A DNA stretch of 64,000 nucleotides from an uncultured Candidatus Rokubacteria bacterium (GTDB taxonomy: Bacteria; Methylomirabilota; Methylomirabilia; Rokubacteriales; CSP1-6), in the NCBI GenBank assembly GCA_963747235.1, contig CAVVEU010000003.1, positions 22,771 to 86,770 of the forward strand, in the 5' to 3' direction. Each line of letters opens with the position of its first letter. Positions within the stretch are counted from its first letter, which is position 1. This document shows positions 11,208 through 21,597 of this stretch, one piece after another. The position numbers were made by a program, and so were the translations under genes. The notes below the pieces were generated by a model. That model did not search any database and was not told the origin of the DNA. It saw only the letters and a list, made by a program, of their open reading frames with translations.

Positions 11208-12198
11208 TATCGGCGTCCGCCGGCATGCCCGGCTTGAGGATGCCCTCCGGGTTGTCGACCGCGATCTTGATCCGGAAGACCAGGTTCACGCGCTCCTTCC
11301 GGGTCTGGACGTTCCGCGGGCGTGAACTCGGCCTCCGAGGCGATCTCGGTGATCCGGCCGGGGAACCGACGGGCCGGGTAGCCGTCCACCGCGACCCGCG
11401 CCGGGCTGCCGACCTTGATCCGGGCCACCTCTTCCTCGGGGACATAGGCCCGCACCCAGATGTCGGACGGCTTCATGAGGGTCAGGATCGGCACCCCCGG
11501 ATTGGCCAGCTCCCCCACCTCGAGGTTCTTACGAAGCACGACCCCGTCAAGGGGTGACAAAATGGTCATTTCCTTGAGGCGCGTCTTGCGCCATGTCGAG
11601 CGCGTTCCGGGCCTGGGCGAGCTGACCAGCGCGCGGCCTCGACCTGGTCGGGGCGCGAGCCCGCCTCGAGCAGCAGGAGCTTCTGGCGGGCCGACTTCTC
11701 CTGGGCGGTGGCCACCTCGTAGGCCTGGCGCGCCCGGTCCACCTCCTGGGCTGCGATCAGGGTCTGGCGGAAGAGGCCTTCCGCCCGGCGGAAGTCGCGC
11801 TCGGTCCACTCCCGCGTGGCCGCGGCGCTCTGGAGCGCCGCCCGGGCGTCCTCCATCTCTTCACGGCGCGCGCCCGCCAGCAGGTCGTTCAGGGTGGACT
11901 GCGCGGTCCGCACCGCGGCTTCCTGCCGCCGCACCTCCGCGGCCTGCTCGGCCTCGTCGAGGCGCACCAGGAGCTGGCCCGCCGCGACCCGGTCGCCCTC
12001 GTTGACCGGGCGCTCCGCGATGCGGCCGGCGATCTTGGCGCTCACGTCCACCTGGATGGCCTCGATGGTCCCGGTCACGCTCACGACGGGCTTGCCGTTG
12101 CCGGACCCGAAGAGCCGCCCGCCGTAGGCATAGGCCAGCCCCAGGACGAGCAGGAGCGTGAGGACCAGAGGCACCCCCTTGGCCAGCCGGGAGGCCAT
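11204..12198 (-). CDS. HlyD/YbhG-like periplasmic adaptor subunit (frameshifted)
   Basis: TM anchor, VTGTIEA, coiled hairpin, AEFTP...VQTRKERVNLVFRIKI, LKPGMPAD. Confidence 0.88.
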
Positions 12199-12224
12199 CG
12201 GGCTCACCCGGGAAGCCGGAGCGC

Positions 12225-13605
12225 TCACCGGGAGGCCGGGGCGGCCGGCTCCGGGGGCAGCAGGATCGAGACGTTCTTGCGATCGAGGGCGAAGTAGGTG
12301 CGCGCCACCCGCTGCAGGTCGGCGGCGGTGACCGCGCGGAGCTTCGGCAGGTAGTCGTCGAGCAGGCGCCAGGAGCCGAGCATCTCGAAGCGCCCGAGCA
12401 CCGAGGCGCGGGAGAAGACCGAGTCCTGCTGCCAGACGAAGGACGCCTCGATCTGGTTGCGCGCGCGGGCCAGCTCCTCCTCCGGCACCACCTCCTGCTT
12501 GAGCCGCTCGATCTCGGCGAGCAGGGCCTGCTCGACCGCCTCGGGCGCCTGGCCGGGCAGCGGCGGCCGCGTAGAACCAGAAGAGCGACGGGTCCAGCGA
12601 GAAGTAGGAGTAGTCCCCGCCCGCGCCCAGGACCATGCGCTGCTCGTAGACCAGCTTCTGGTAGAGCCGGGAGGTGCGCCCGGACGACAGCACCGTGGAC
12701 AGCAGCTCGAGCGCGGGGGCGTCGGGCGACGTGTGGTTCGGCACGTGCCACGCGATGTTGACGACCGGGAGCTGCGCCTGCTCGCGGCGCACCACCAGCC
12801 GGCGCTCGTCGATGGCGGGCGGCTCGACCGCGGTCACCGGCGGCGGCGCCGGCCCCCGACGAAGCCCCGCGAAGTGACGGCGCACCATCGCCAGCGCGGC
12901 GGGGGCGCGGACGTCGCCCGCGATGACCAGGATCGCGTTGTTCGGCAGGTAGTAGGTGTCGTAGAACGCGCGCAGCTCGGCCCGGTTGATGCGGGCGATG
13001 TCCGACATCCACCCGATGATGGGCCAGCGATACGGATGCGCCTTGAACGCGAGCGAGCTCATCGCCTCGTAGACGAGCCCGTCCGGATCGTCCTCCGAGC
13101 GCATCCGGCGCTCTTCCGTCACGACCTTCCGCTCGGAGTCGATCTCGGCGGCGTCGAGCAGCAGGTGCCGCATCCGGTCCGCCTCGATCCGGAGCACCAG
13201 GTCGAGCTTGTCCGCCGCGATGTTCGTGTAGTAGCTGGTCACGTCCTTGGTGGTGTAGGCGTTGTCGCGGCCGCCGTTCTCCTCGATGAGGCGCGCGATC
13301 TGCCCGCGGCCATAGGTGGGCGTGCCCTTGAACATCATGTGCTCGAGGAAATGGGCGAGGCCGGTCGCCCCGGGCCGCTCGTTGCGCGAGCCCACGCGAT
13401 AGAAGACCTGCACCGCGACGATGGGGTTGCGCGGATCGTCCTGCACGAGCACCCGCAGCCCGTTCTCGAGCGTGGCCTCGGTCACCGCGAGCTGCTGCGC
13501 CGCGGCCGATGCTGCCGTCTGGCCCGCCGCGGGGCCGGCCCAGGCCAGCCCGCCCAGCAGCCCGGCCACGAGCAGCCGCGCCACCGGCCGCAGCCGGGCC
13601 TTCAT
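12225..13605 (-). CDS. M16 (pitrilysin) zinc peptidase, catalytic subunit, exported (frameshift near 12570)
   Basis: Signal peptide MKARLRPVARLLVAGLLGGLAWA, GLAHFLEHMMFKG (HxxEH), NAYT, ERKVVTEE, HPYRWPIIG. Confidence 0.9.
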
Positions 13606-14622
13606 GGCGCGCAGGAGATCCTTGAAGCCCGACATCTCGGCCTCGAAGTCGAGCTGGTCGATGTTCTCGCCATCGAGGAAGCGCCGGAGGGCCAGCCGCG
13701 GCGTGGCGGGATCGTTCAGCCCCGGGTCGCACGTGGTGGCGCTCCGGATGCCGTCCCGCTCGAGCCAGGGCCAGTGCGCGCGCGACCAGCGACCGCTCGG
13801 ATAGCAGAAGTGGCTCAGGCGCCGCCCGACCACGGGCTCGAGCACGGCCCGGTTCGCGGCCAGCTCGTGCGCCACGGTCCGCTCCTCTTCCGGGAACTCG
13901 TGCGCGTGCGAGTGGAGCTGCAGGTCGAGCCCGGCCGCCGACACCTCGGCCAGCTCCCGCGGCCGCATCAGCGAGTACACGCGCTGCCGGCCGACGCCGT
14001 CGTGGTCCACGCCCAGCCGCTCGCCGACCGACTTGGCGAGATGCGAGCGGTCGCTCTCCTCCCCCGCCGCCTCGCCCAGCGCGATGATCGCGCGCGCGGC
14101 CTCGTCACGGGCTCCGTCGACGCGCAGCGAGATCGGCCGATCGTAGGCCGCGGGCAGCCCGAGCCCACTCAGGTCGGCCGGCTCGCGCGTCGTCTTCCAG
14201 AGCATGTACTGGATCGCGATGTCGAAGACCGGAGTGTCGTGCTCGACGTAGTGCGTGGTGACGTACAGCGTGGCCGGGAAGCCGAACTCGCGCAGGAGCG
14301 GCCAGCCGTGCGCATGGACCCCCACCCACCCGTCATCGATGGTGATGACGGTGGCCCGCGGGGGCAGCGTGCCCCGCCCGAGGCCTTCGACCGCCTCGTC
14401 CAGCGGCAGCACCGGGTAGCCGTTCGCGGCCAGCCAGGCCAGGCGGCGCCGGAACGTGCCCGCGCTGATGAACAGCTTGGGGCGAAAGGCGCTCTCCTCG
14501 CCGGTCGCGAAGCTGTGATAGCAGAGGATCCGCAGGCGAGCCCGGGTGAGCCGACGGGCGATCCGGAAGAAGCCGAGGCCCTTGCCGAGGCCGAGAAACA
14601 CGCGCTTGAGGGCACCCGTCAC
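13602..14622 (-). CDS. Polysaccharide deacetylase (CE4/NodB family)
   Basis: ILCYH, ITIDDGW, QLHSHAH, FCYPSG, SATTCDPGLN. As assembled it reads in frame into the M16 gene; the true end is probably the ATGA overlap at 13602-13605. Confidence 0.82.
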
Positions 14623-14637
14623 GATGGATTGATTATC

Positions 14638-15371
14638 CTATGCGGTCCCCCTGCCAGCAAGTTGACGGGCTTTCGTGAAGACGCGCTGGAGCATCGGCCG
14701 CGTGAGGCGTCCGGTGAAGGTGTTCTGCTGGCTCGGGTGAAAGCTACCCAGGAGCGTGATCCCGTCGGGCATCCGCGCGGTGGCGCCGTGGCCGAAGCGC
14801 GGCAGGGGCCGTGGCACCGCGAGCCCGGCGTCCCGTCGCGCGCGCAGGTAGGCGTCCCAGCCGATCTTGCCGAGCGCCACCACCACGCGCGTCCGGTCGA
14901 GCAGCGGCCAGCTCCTCCAGGAGAAACGGGCGGCAGCGGGCGATCTCGACGGGGGTCGGCTTGTTGGCCGGCGGCGCGCAGCGCAGGGTGGCGGTGATGT
15001 AGGCCCCGCGGAGCGCGAGCCCGTCGCCCGCGTGGGTGGAGGCGGCCTGGTTGGCGAAGCCGGCCTCGTGCAGCGCGCGGAAGAGCCAGTCCCCGCTCCG
15101 GTCACCGGTGAACATGCGCCCGGTGCGATTGCCGCCGTGCGCGGCCGGCGCCAGCCCCACGAGCAAGACGGTGGCGCGCGGGATCGCCGAAGCCCGGCAG
15201 CGGGCGCGCCCAGTACTCCTGCCCGCGATAGCGTCGCGGCGGCTCCGCGGCCACCGCTTCCCGGTGCCGCACGAGGCGCGGGCAGAGCCGGCAGGCGGTG
15301 ATCCGCCGCGCGAGCCCGGCGAGCGCTTCGCCCCGCGACTTGTCCTCCGCCGCCGATTGCCCGACAATCAC
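14638..15371 (-). CDS. udgB: Uracil-DNA glycosylase family 5 (frameshifted)
   Basis: CRLCPRL Fe-S motif, [41 protein letters not shown]. Confidence 0.9.
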
Positions 15372-15400
15372 CCGGGCATGATAGCGATCGGCGTGAAGCC

Positions 15401-16264
15401 ATGACAAGCCGCGTTCCCGCGCTCATCGTGCACGGCGGCGCCGGCGCCGATCCCGGCGGGCGGGAGGAGCTGCGCGGCGGGATGCGCGACGCGGTCGGCG
15501 CGGGCTGGCGCGCGCTGGCCGCGGGCGGGACCTCGCTCGACGCGGTGGAAGCCGCGGTCCGGAGCCTCGAGGATCATCCTCGTTTCAACGCCGGGCGCGG
15601 CTCCGTGCTGACCAGCAGCGGGACAGTGGAGACCGACGCCTCGATCATGGAGGGCGATCAGCTGCGCAACGGCGCCGTGGCCGCGGTCACGGGCGTGCGC
15701 AATCCGATCACCCTGGCCCGCCGGATCCTCGAAGAAGGCCGGCACTCCTTCTTCGTGGGCGCCGGCGCGGTCGCGCGCGCCCGCGCGCTGGGCGTGCCGC
15801 TCTGCGATCCCGCCGAGCTCGTGACCGAGCCGCAGCGGCGGCGCCTGGCCGCGCTGCAGGCCGGCACGGTGGGTGCGGTGGCGCTCGACCGCTTCGGGAC
15901 CATGGCGGCCGCCACCTCCACCGGCGGCACGCCTGGCAAGCTGCCCGGCCGCGTGGGCGACAGCGCGCTCATCGGCTGCGGCACGTATGCCGAGAGCACG
16001 CTCGGCGGCGCCTCCTGCACCGGCGACGGCGAGGCCATCATCCGCGTCACGCTGGCGCGGCGGGCGCTCGATATCCTGAAGACCGTCGGCGAGCCGGGCC
16101 ACGCCTGCGAGGTTGCGGTGAGCGTGCTGGTGGAAGAAGGCCGCGGTCAGGGCGGTCTCATCCTCGTGGACTGGCGCGGCCGGGTGGGGTGGGCCCGCTC
16201 CACCAAGCTGATGCCGGTGGGGTTCATGTCTCCGGCCCACGCCGAGCCCGAGCTGCCGTTCTGA
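15401..16264 (+). CDS. iaaA: Isoaspartyl peptidase/L-asparaginase (Ntn hydrolase)
   Basis: HGGAG, LEDHPRFNAGRGS, GTVGAVA (Thr nucleophile), TSTGG, GRVGDS. Confidence 0.9.
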   Translation: MTSRVPALIVHGGAGADPGGREELRGGMRDAVGAGWRALAAGGTSLDAVEAAVRSLEDHPRFNAGRGSVLTSSGTVETDASIMEGDQLRNGAVAAVTGVRNPITLARRILEEGRHSFFVGAGAVARARALGVPLCDPAELVTEPQRRRLAALQAGTVGAVALDRFGTMAAATSTGGTPGKLPGRVGDSALIGCGTYAESTLGGASCTGDGEAIIRVTLARRALDILKTVGEPGHACEVAVSVLVEEGRGQGGLILVDWRGRVGWARSTKLMPVGFMSPAHAEPELPF

Positions 16265-16274
16265 TCGCGCGCGC

Positions 16275-17480
16275 ATGATCGACGCCGCGGACGTCCGGGC
16301 GGCCCGCGCGCGACTGGGCCGCATCATCGCCGAGACGCCTTGCCCCTACTCGGAGACCCTCTCCGCGCTGACGGGCGCCCGCGTCTACGTGAAGCTGGAG
16401 AACCTCCAGATGACGGGCTCCTTCAAGGAGCGGGGCGCGGCCAACCTGCTCCTGCAGCTCTCTCCGGACGAGCGCCGGCGCGGCGTCGTCGCGGCCAGCG
16501 CGGGCAACCATGGCCTGGGCGTCGCCTTCCACGCGGCGAAGCTCGGTATCTCCGCCGTGATCGTCATGCCCGAGTGGGCGCCGCTGGCCAAGGTGACGTC
16601 CGCCCGCCGCCGCGGGGCGGAGGTCATCCTGCACGGGGAGAACTTCGAGGAGGCCCACGCCCGCGCCCGCTCGATCGAGGCCGAGCGCGGCCTGGTCTTC
16701 GTGCATCCGTTCGACGATCCGCGCGTCATCGCCGGCCAGGGCACGATCGGGCTCGAGCTGCTGGAGCAGGTATCGGACCTGGACGCGGTGCTGGTGCCCG
16801 TGGGCGGCGGGGGCCTCATCGGCGGCATCGCCACCGCGATCAAGGCGGAGCGGCCCGCGGTGAAGGTGATCGGCGTGCAGGCGCGGGAGATCGCGGCCAT
16901 GCAGGCGGCGCTGGCCGGCGACGCTCGCGATCTCTTGCCGGCCGCCACCACCATCGCCGACGGTATCGCGGTACGCCGCGTGGGCGAACAGACGCTGGCC
17001 CTCGCCCGGCGCTACGTGGACGCCGTGGTGACCGTCAGCGAGGAGGAGATCGCCAACGCCATCCTTCTGCTGCTGGAGATCGAGAAGACCGTCGTGGAGG
17101 GCGCCGGGGCGGTCCCGCTGGCCGCCCTGGCCAACCGGCGGGTGGCCCTCGAGGGCCAGACGGTGGCGCTGGTGGTCTCGGGCGGCAATATCGACGTCAA
17201 CCTGATCGCGCGGGTCATCGAGCGGGGCCTGGTGAAGGACGGGCGGCTCGTGCGCCTGCGGGTCCGTCTGCGCGACCGCCCGGGCGCTCTGGCGGCGCTC
17301 ACCGCGATCGTGGCCCGTACGCGCGCCAACGTGCTCGGGATCGAGCACGACCGGGCTTTCTCGAGGGCGCCGCTGGGAGACAGCGAGGTCGAGCTGACGC
17401 TCGAGACCTCCGGCCCCGAGCAGATCGAGGCCATCAAGCGCGAGCTGCGAGGGGTACGCGGCCGAGAGGTGCCGGCTACG
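16275..17480 (+). CDS. ilvA: Threonine ammonia-lyase with C-terminal ACT domain (true stop unclear)
   Basis: ENLQMTGSFKERGA, SAGNH, HPFDD, GGGGLIGG, SGGNID, DRPGAL. The ORF reads on to 17708, antisense into the next gene. Confidence 0.88.
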
Positions 17481-17514
17481 GCGGGCCGCCGCGAGGGCGA
17501 CCGCCGGCCGGGAA

Positions 17515-18204
17515 TCAGTCGCGAGCAGGCCGCCTTGCGCCGCTTCCAGGCCGCGCCGGCCATCCCGGCCAGCGACGTGCCCAGCAAGAGCAGCGTGCCG
17601 GGCTCCGGCGTCGCCGCCAGATCCGGGTCGGCCTGTCCGATGTCCACCTTCCCGACGGTGAAGTCATCGAAATTGAAGCGGTCGGTGGCAAAGCTATTGT
17701 TGAAGTGAGCACGCTGAACGGCGTCGTGTCGGTGACACCGTAGAAGAATACGCTGCCGTTGGTCGCACCCGCGTGCGGGACGTTCCCGAATTCGGTGAGA
17801 TTGAGCTGGCCGCCCACGTCTCCGACGTCGATCCCATAGAAGCCCAACGCGGTTACCGCGCTGTTGAGCGTCAGCGTGAAGCCGGTCCCGTCGAGCCGCA
17901 GCAGCTTGGTCCCCGAGATCGGAAACCCGCCGTCTCCGTCATGGGTGCCACCGTAGCGATCGCGTATGCTCGAAGCCGAGATTGATCGGAGCGCCGCCGT
18001 CCGTCAGCCCCTCGAGGTTCTGGGTCGTAGGCGACACGATGTGGGTGTTGAAGTTCCCCCGCGCGGCGTCGGCGTTCGGCCGGCTAGCGAGCGGCACCCC
18101 ACCGGGCGCCCCCAAGTCTTGCCCGAAGTAGAAGATGGGGCCGCCTCCGCGGCGCCGAACGTCAGCAGCAGTGCCGCGAGACTGCCGATCCAGTGCTTGG
18201 TCAT
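17515..18204 (-). CDS. PEP-CTERM sorting-domain protein (multiple frameshifts)
   Basis: Signal peptide MTKHWIGSLAALLLTFGAAEA; C-terminal TPEPGTLLLLGTSLAGMAGAAWKRRK; body split over several frames. Confidence 0.82.
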
Positions 18205-18227
18205 GGACCCTCCTGAAGGGGTCCTTC

Positions 18228-18242
18228 GCAAACTGTGTGCCG
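18228..18242 (-). promoter_or_regulatory. sigma54 (-24/-12) promoter of the PEP-CTERM gene
   Basis: Minus strand CGGCACACAGTTTGC (GG-N10-GC), followed by a GGAGGG RBS and the ATG at 18204. Confidence 0.75.
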
Positions 18243-18344
18243 TGCCTCGACCTCACGAATCAGCAGCTTGGCCTTCATCCAGACCCGGGCTGACCCTCGT
18301 GTGCCAGATCTGTGAAGAATATTTCCTAGTCAGCGGAATCGCAT

Positions 18345-19422
18345 TCAGGTACCGGAGTGCGGCGTACCGGGCGGCGACGCACCGGCCGGGCTGGCCAGCC
18401 AGTCCCTCACCGTGGTGTAGCCGTAGCGGAGGGCGGCCCGGCTGGCCTCGAAGCCCATGGACGGGCCCACCAGGGGTGATGGCTGGGGCTCCGGCTGGAT
18501 CACCAGGATCTCGATCTCGGGATGCAGAAGCTTGACCTCGCGCAGCCCGAGATTGAACAGGTTGAGGCTCGCGATGTGGCCGGTCTGCTCCATGATGGCG
18601 TAGAGCCCGCCCCGCCGGATCTCGGGCCCGTCCTGCTCGTGCAGGCACTGCGGGACCGCGGGGTTGACCGCGACCAGGACGGTGGCGCCCGCGTCCACCG
18701 CCAGGTCGGCGTGGCCCGTGTAGCCCACGTCGCCGTCCACGTAGTCGCGGCCCCCGATCCGGTAGGGCTCGAAGAAGCCGGGGATCGCCGACGAGGCCGC
18801 GATGGCCTGGGAGATCGGTACGTCCATCAGATCGCCCTGGCCGAAGACGACACGCTCGGCGCGGTCGAGCGCGATCGCGGCGATCAGCAGCGGCCGCGGC
18901 GTGCCGGTGAAGCTGTTCGAGAGCCCCTTGGCCTGAAACGCTTCCCGGATGTAGGCCTCGAGCGGCGACAGCGAGAAGAAGCCGGCCGGCATGTCGCCGC
19001 CGCTGCGCGCGAGCAGGTCCGGCCACTCGAGGCGGAAATCGATGAGCGGCGCGCTTGCCGATGGCCCACATGAACTGGGCCACGTTGCGCGTCGCGGCCG
19101 AGAACGAGCCCTTGTGGTAGACCGCGCCGCGGTTGAAGTTGAGCGGGTCGTCGCGCTCCTCGTCCAGGATCGCGTACAGGTCGCGCGGGCGCACCCCGTT
19201 GGCCATGAGCGCGGCGACCACCGAGCCGGCGCTCGAGCCCACGTAGAGGTCGAAGTCGTTGGCGCGAAAGCCGGGCAGCGCCTCGTCGAGCGCGGCGAGG
19301 GCACCGACCTCGTACATGCCGCCGATGACCCCGCCGCCGGCGAGCACGAGGGCACGGCGCTCGGGGGGCCGGCTCCAGCCCAGACGCTGGAGCCAGCCGC
19401 GAAGACCGTCGGGAGGGCTCAC
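18345..19422 (-). CDS. Patatin-like phospholipase (frameshift near 19055)
   Basis: LVLAGGG, a GSSAG nucleophile motif, ASSAIPG, YVDGD. Confidence 0.85.
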
Positions 19423-20522
19423 CAGCGCAGGAGCGTGGCCCCCCACGAGAAGCCGGTGCCGAAGGCCACCAGCATGACGAGGTCGCCATCCTTGATGCGG
19501 CCCTCGGCCAGCGCCTCGTGGAGGCAGATGGGAACGGACGCGCCCGCCGTGTTGCCGTAGCGGGCCAGGTTGTTGAAGTATCGCTCGGGCGGGATCTGGA
19601 AGTGCTCGGCGGCTGCCTCGATGATGCGCAGGTTCGCCTGGTGGAAGAGGTAGCAGTCCACGTCGGCCGCCCGCAGGCCATTGGCGTCGAGCGACTCCTG
19701 CACGACTTCCCGCACCCGCCGGACCGCGTTCACGAAGACGGCGCGCCCGTTCATGCGCGGGCGCACGCGGCCGTCGTCGATCTTCTTCTTGGACACCGGC
19801 GGGAACGTGGACGAGCCCCACATCTCGCCGTACAGGGCGTCCACCGCGGTGCCGTCCGAATGGAGGTGATGCGAGATCAGCCCGCGCGGGTGGGCCGCGT
19901 CCGTCTCGACGGCCTCGAGCACCACGGCCCCCGCCCCGTCGGCGAAGAGCACCGCCATGTCGCGCCCCTCGTCGGTGTAGTCGAAGGCGGACGAGAGCAG
20001 CTCCGCGCCGACCACGAGGACGCGCCGGTACATCCCGCCCCGGATGAGCTGATCGCCGAGCGCCAGCCCGTAGACGAAGCCCGCGCAGCCCTGGGCCAGG
20101 TTGAAGACGGGGGTGCTCGTGAGCCCGAGGCGGCCCTGCATCACGCAGCCGGGCGCGGGATACGCGAGATCCGGCAGCGTGCTGGACTGGATGATGCAAT
20201 CGAGATCCTCGGGGCCGATCCCCGCGTTCTTCAGCGCCATCCGCGACGCCTCGATGGCCAGGTCCGTGACGGTCAGCGAGGAATCGATCTGCCCGTCCAG
20301 GCCTCGCTCGCGGACCTCGCGCATGAAGGCGGGCTTGTCGGGCGCCTCCGCGAGCCGCAGCAGCATGCGGTACGTGTCGGGCGACATGCGGCGCTCGCGG
20401 ATGCCGGTGCGCTGGGTGATCCACTCGTCGCTCGTGCTCATGCAGCGGGAGAGCAGGTCGTTGGTGACGACGCAGTCCGGCACTGACATGCCCGTGGCGG
20501 TGATCCTGGCCCGGAGGGTCAT
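19419..20522 (-). CDS. 3-oxoacyl-ACP synthase III (FabH family)
   Basis: TSDEWITQRTGIRERR, GCAGF (Cys), LFADGAGA, HQANLRI (His), YGNT (Asn), FGTGFSWG. Confidence 0.9.
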   Translation of the reverse strand: MTLRARITATGMSVPDCVVTNDLLSRCMSTSDEWITQRTGIRERRMSPDTYRMLLRLAEAPDKPAFMREVRERGLDGQIDSSLTVTDLAIEASRMALKNAGIGPEDLDCIIQSSTLPDLAYPAPGCVMQGRLGLTSTPVFNLAQGCAGFVYGLALGDQLIRGGMYRRVLVVGAELLSSAFDYTDEGRDMAVLFADGAGAVVLEAVETDAAHPRGLISHHLHSDGTAVDALYGEMWGSSTFPPVSKKKIDDGRVRPRMNGRAVFVNAVRRVREVVQESLDANGLRAADVDCYLFHQANLRIIEAAAEHFQIPPERYFNNLARYGNTAGASVPICLHEALAEGRIKDGDLVMLVAFGTGFSWGATLLRW

Positions 20523-21326
20523 GTGCCGGTGAACTTCGGGGCGCGCTTCTCGAGGAAGGCGCGCACGCCCTCGGCGTGGTCGTCGGTGGTGATGCTCTGC
20601 GCCTGGGCGTAGGCCTCGAAGCCGAGCGAGGTGCCCAGGTCCACCGTGGTCGAGCGGTTCAGCAGCGCCTTGGCGAGGCCGATCGCGCCCGGCGGGCCCG
20701 CCGCGATGCGGGCGGCCAGGGCCCGCGTCGTGGCCTCGAGCTCGGCCGCGGGCACGACCCGGTTGACGAGGCCGATCCGCAGCGCCTCCGCCGCGTCGAT
20801 GATGTCGGCGGAGAAGACCAGCTCCTTGGCCTTGGCGAGGCCGACCAGACGCGGCAGGAGCCAGGTGCCGCCGCCGTCGGGCACCAGCCCGATCTTGGCG
20901 AAGACCTCGCCGAAGCGGGCGCGATCGGACGCGATCACGATGTCGCACGCCGAGCGCTATGTTGCAGCCGGCACCGACCGCGAAGCCGTCCACCATCGCG
21001 ATCGTGGGCTTCGGGTACTCGAAGAGGCGGATGATGAAGCGGTTCAGCGACTCCACGCGCGCGCGGCCCTCGGCGGCGGTCTGCCGCTTCGCGGCCATGG
21101 TCTTCACGTCGCCGCCCGCCGAGAAGTGCCCGCCCCCGCCGGTCAGGATGACCACGCGGACGGCCGCCTCCGCCTCCAGCTCGTCCAGCGCGGTCAGCAG
21201 CTCGCGCCGCATGACGAGATCGAGCGCGTTGCGGGCCTGCGGCCGGTTGAGCGTGATCGTGGCGACCCCGTCGGTCCGATCGACCAGCCCGTTGGTGCGA
21301 TCTACCAGAATGGTGCTGTAGCCCAT
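20519..21326 (-). CDS. Enoyl-CoA hydratase/isomerase (crotonase) family (frameshift near 20950)
   Basis: ITLNRPQARNAL, FSAGGDV, AVGAG, GLVPDGGGTWLLPRLVG, FLEKRAPKFTG. Confidence 0.9.
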
Positions 21327-21478
21327 CAGCTTCCTCCCGCCACCGGGTGCGGCCGCGACGGTATCGGCACCGCGCGGCACGCCGGCCGGGCGTGCTCGTT
21401 GATGGAAAGGCTCAGGATCGCCGCGATCAGAAACAAGCCGTCGGCCACCCCGAAGGCGGCGCCGTAGCCGCCGGTCAC
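21326..21478 (-). CDS. 50-aa single-TM small ORF resembling the last helix of an MFS transporter
   Basis: VTGGYGAAFGVADGLFLIAAILSLSINEH...; its TGA overlaps the crotonase ATG (TGATG). Confidence 0.4.
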   Translation of the reverse strand: MTGGYGAAFGVADGLFLIAAILSLSINEHARPACRAVPIPSRPHPVAGGS

Positions 21479-21597
21479 GCCGGACCGGCACTGCTGGGCG
21501 CCTTTGCCATGACGGCACCAAGTATAGCGCCACTTGACGCCTTCTCCGGCCTGGTGGATTCGCGGGCGGTCGCGCGCGGCGTGCTATTCTTTTTCCC

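Noticed and set aside
12225-14622. In-frame fusion of polysaccharide deacetylase and M16 peptidase
   Set aside because: The junction contains ATGA at the start of a clear signal peptide. Removing one upstream base gives the ATGA stop/start overlap used throughout the window, so a +1 error is the simpler explanation, though a real fusion is not excluded.
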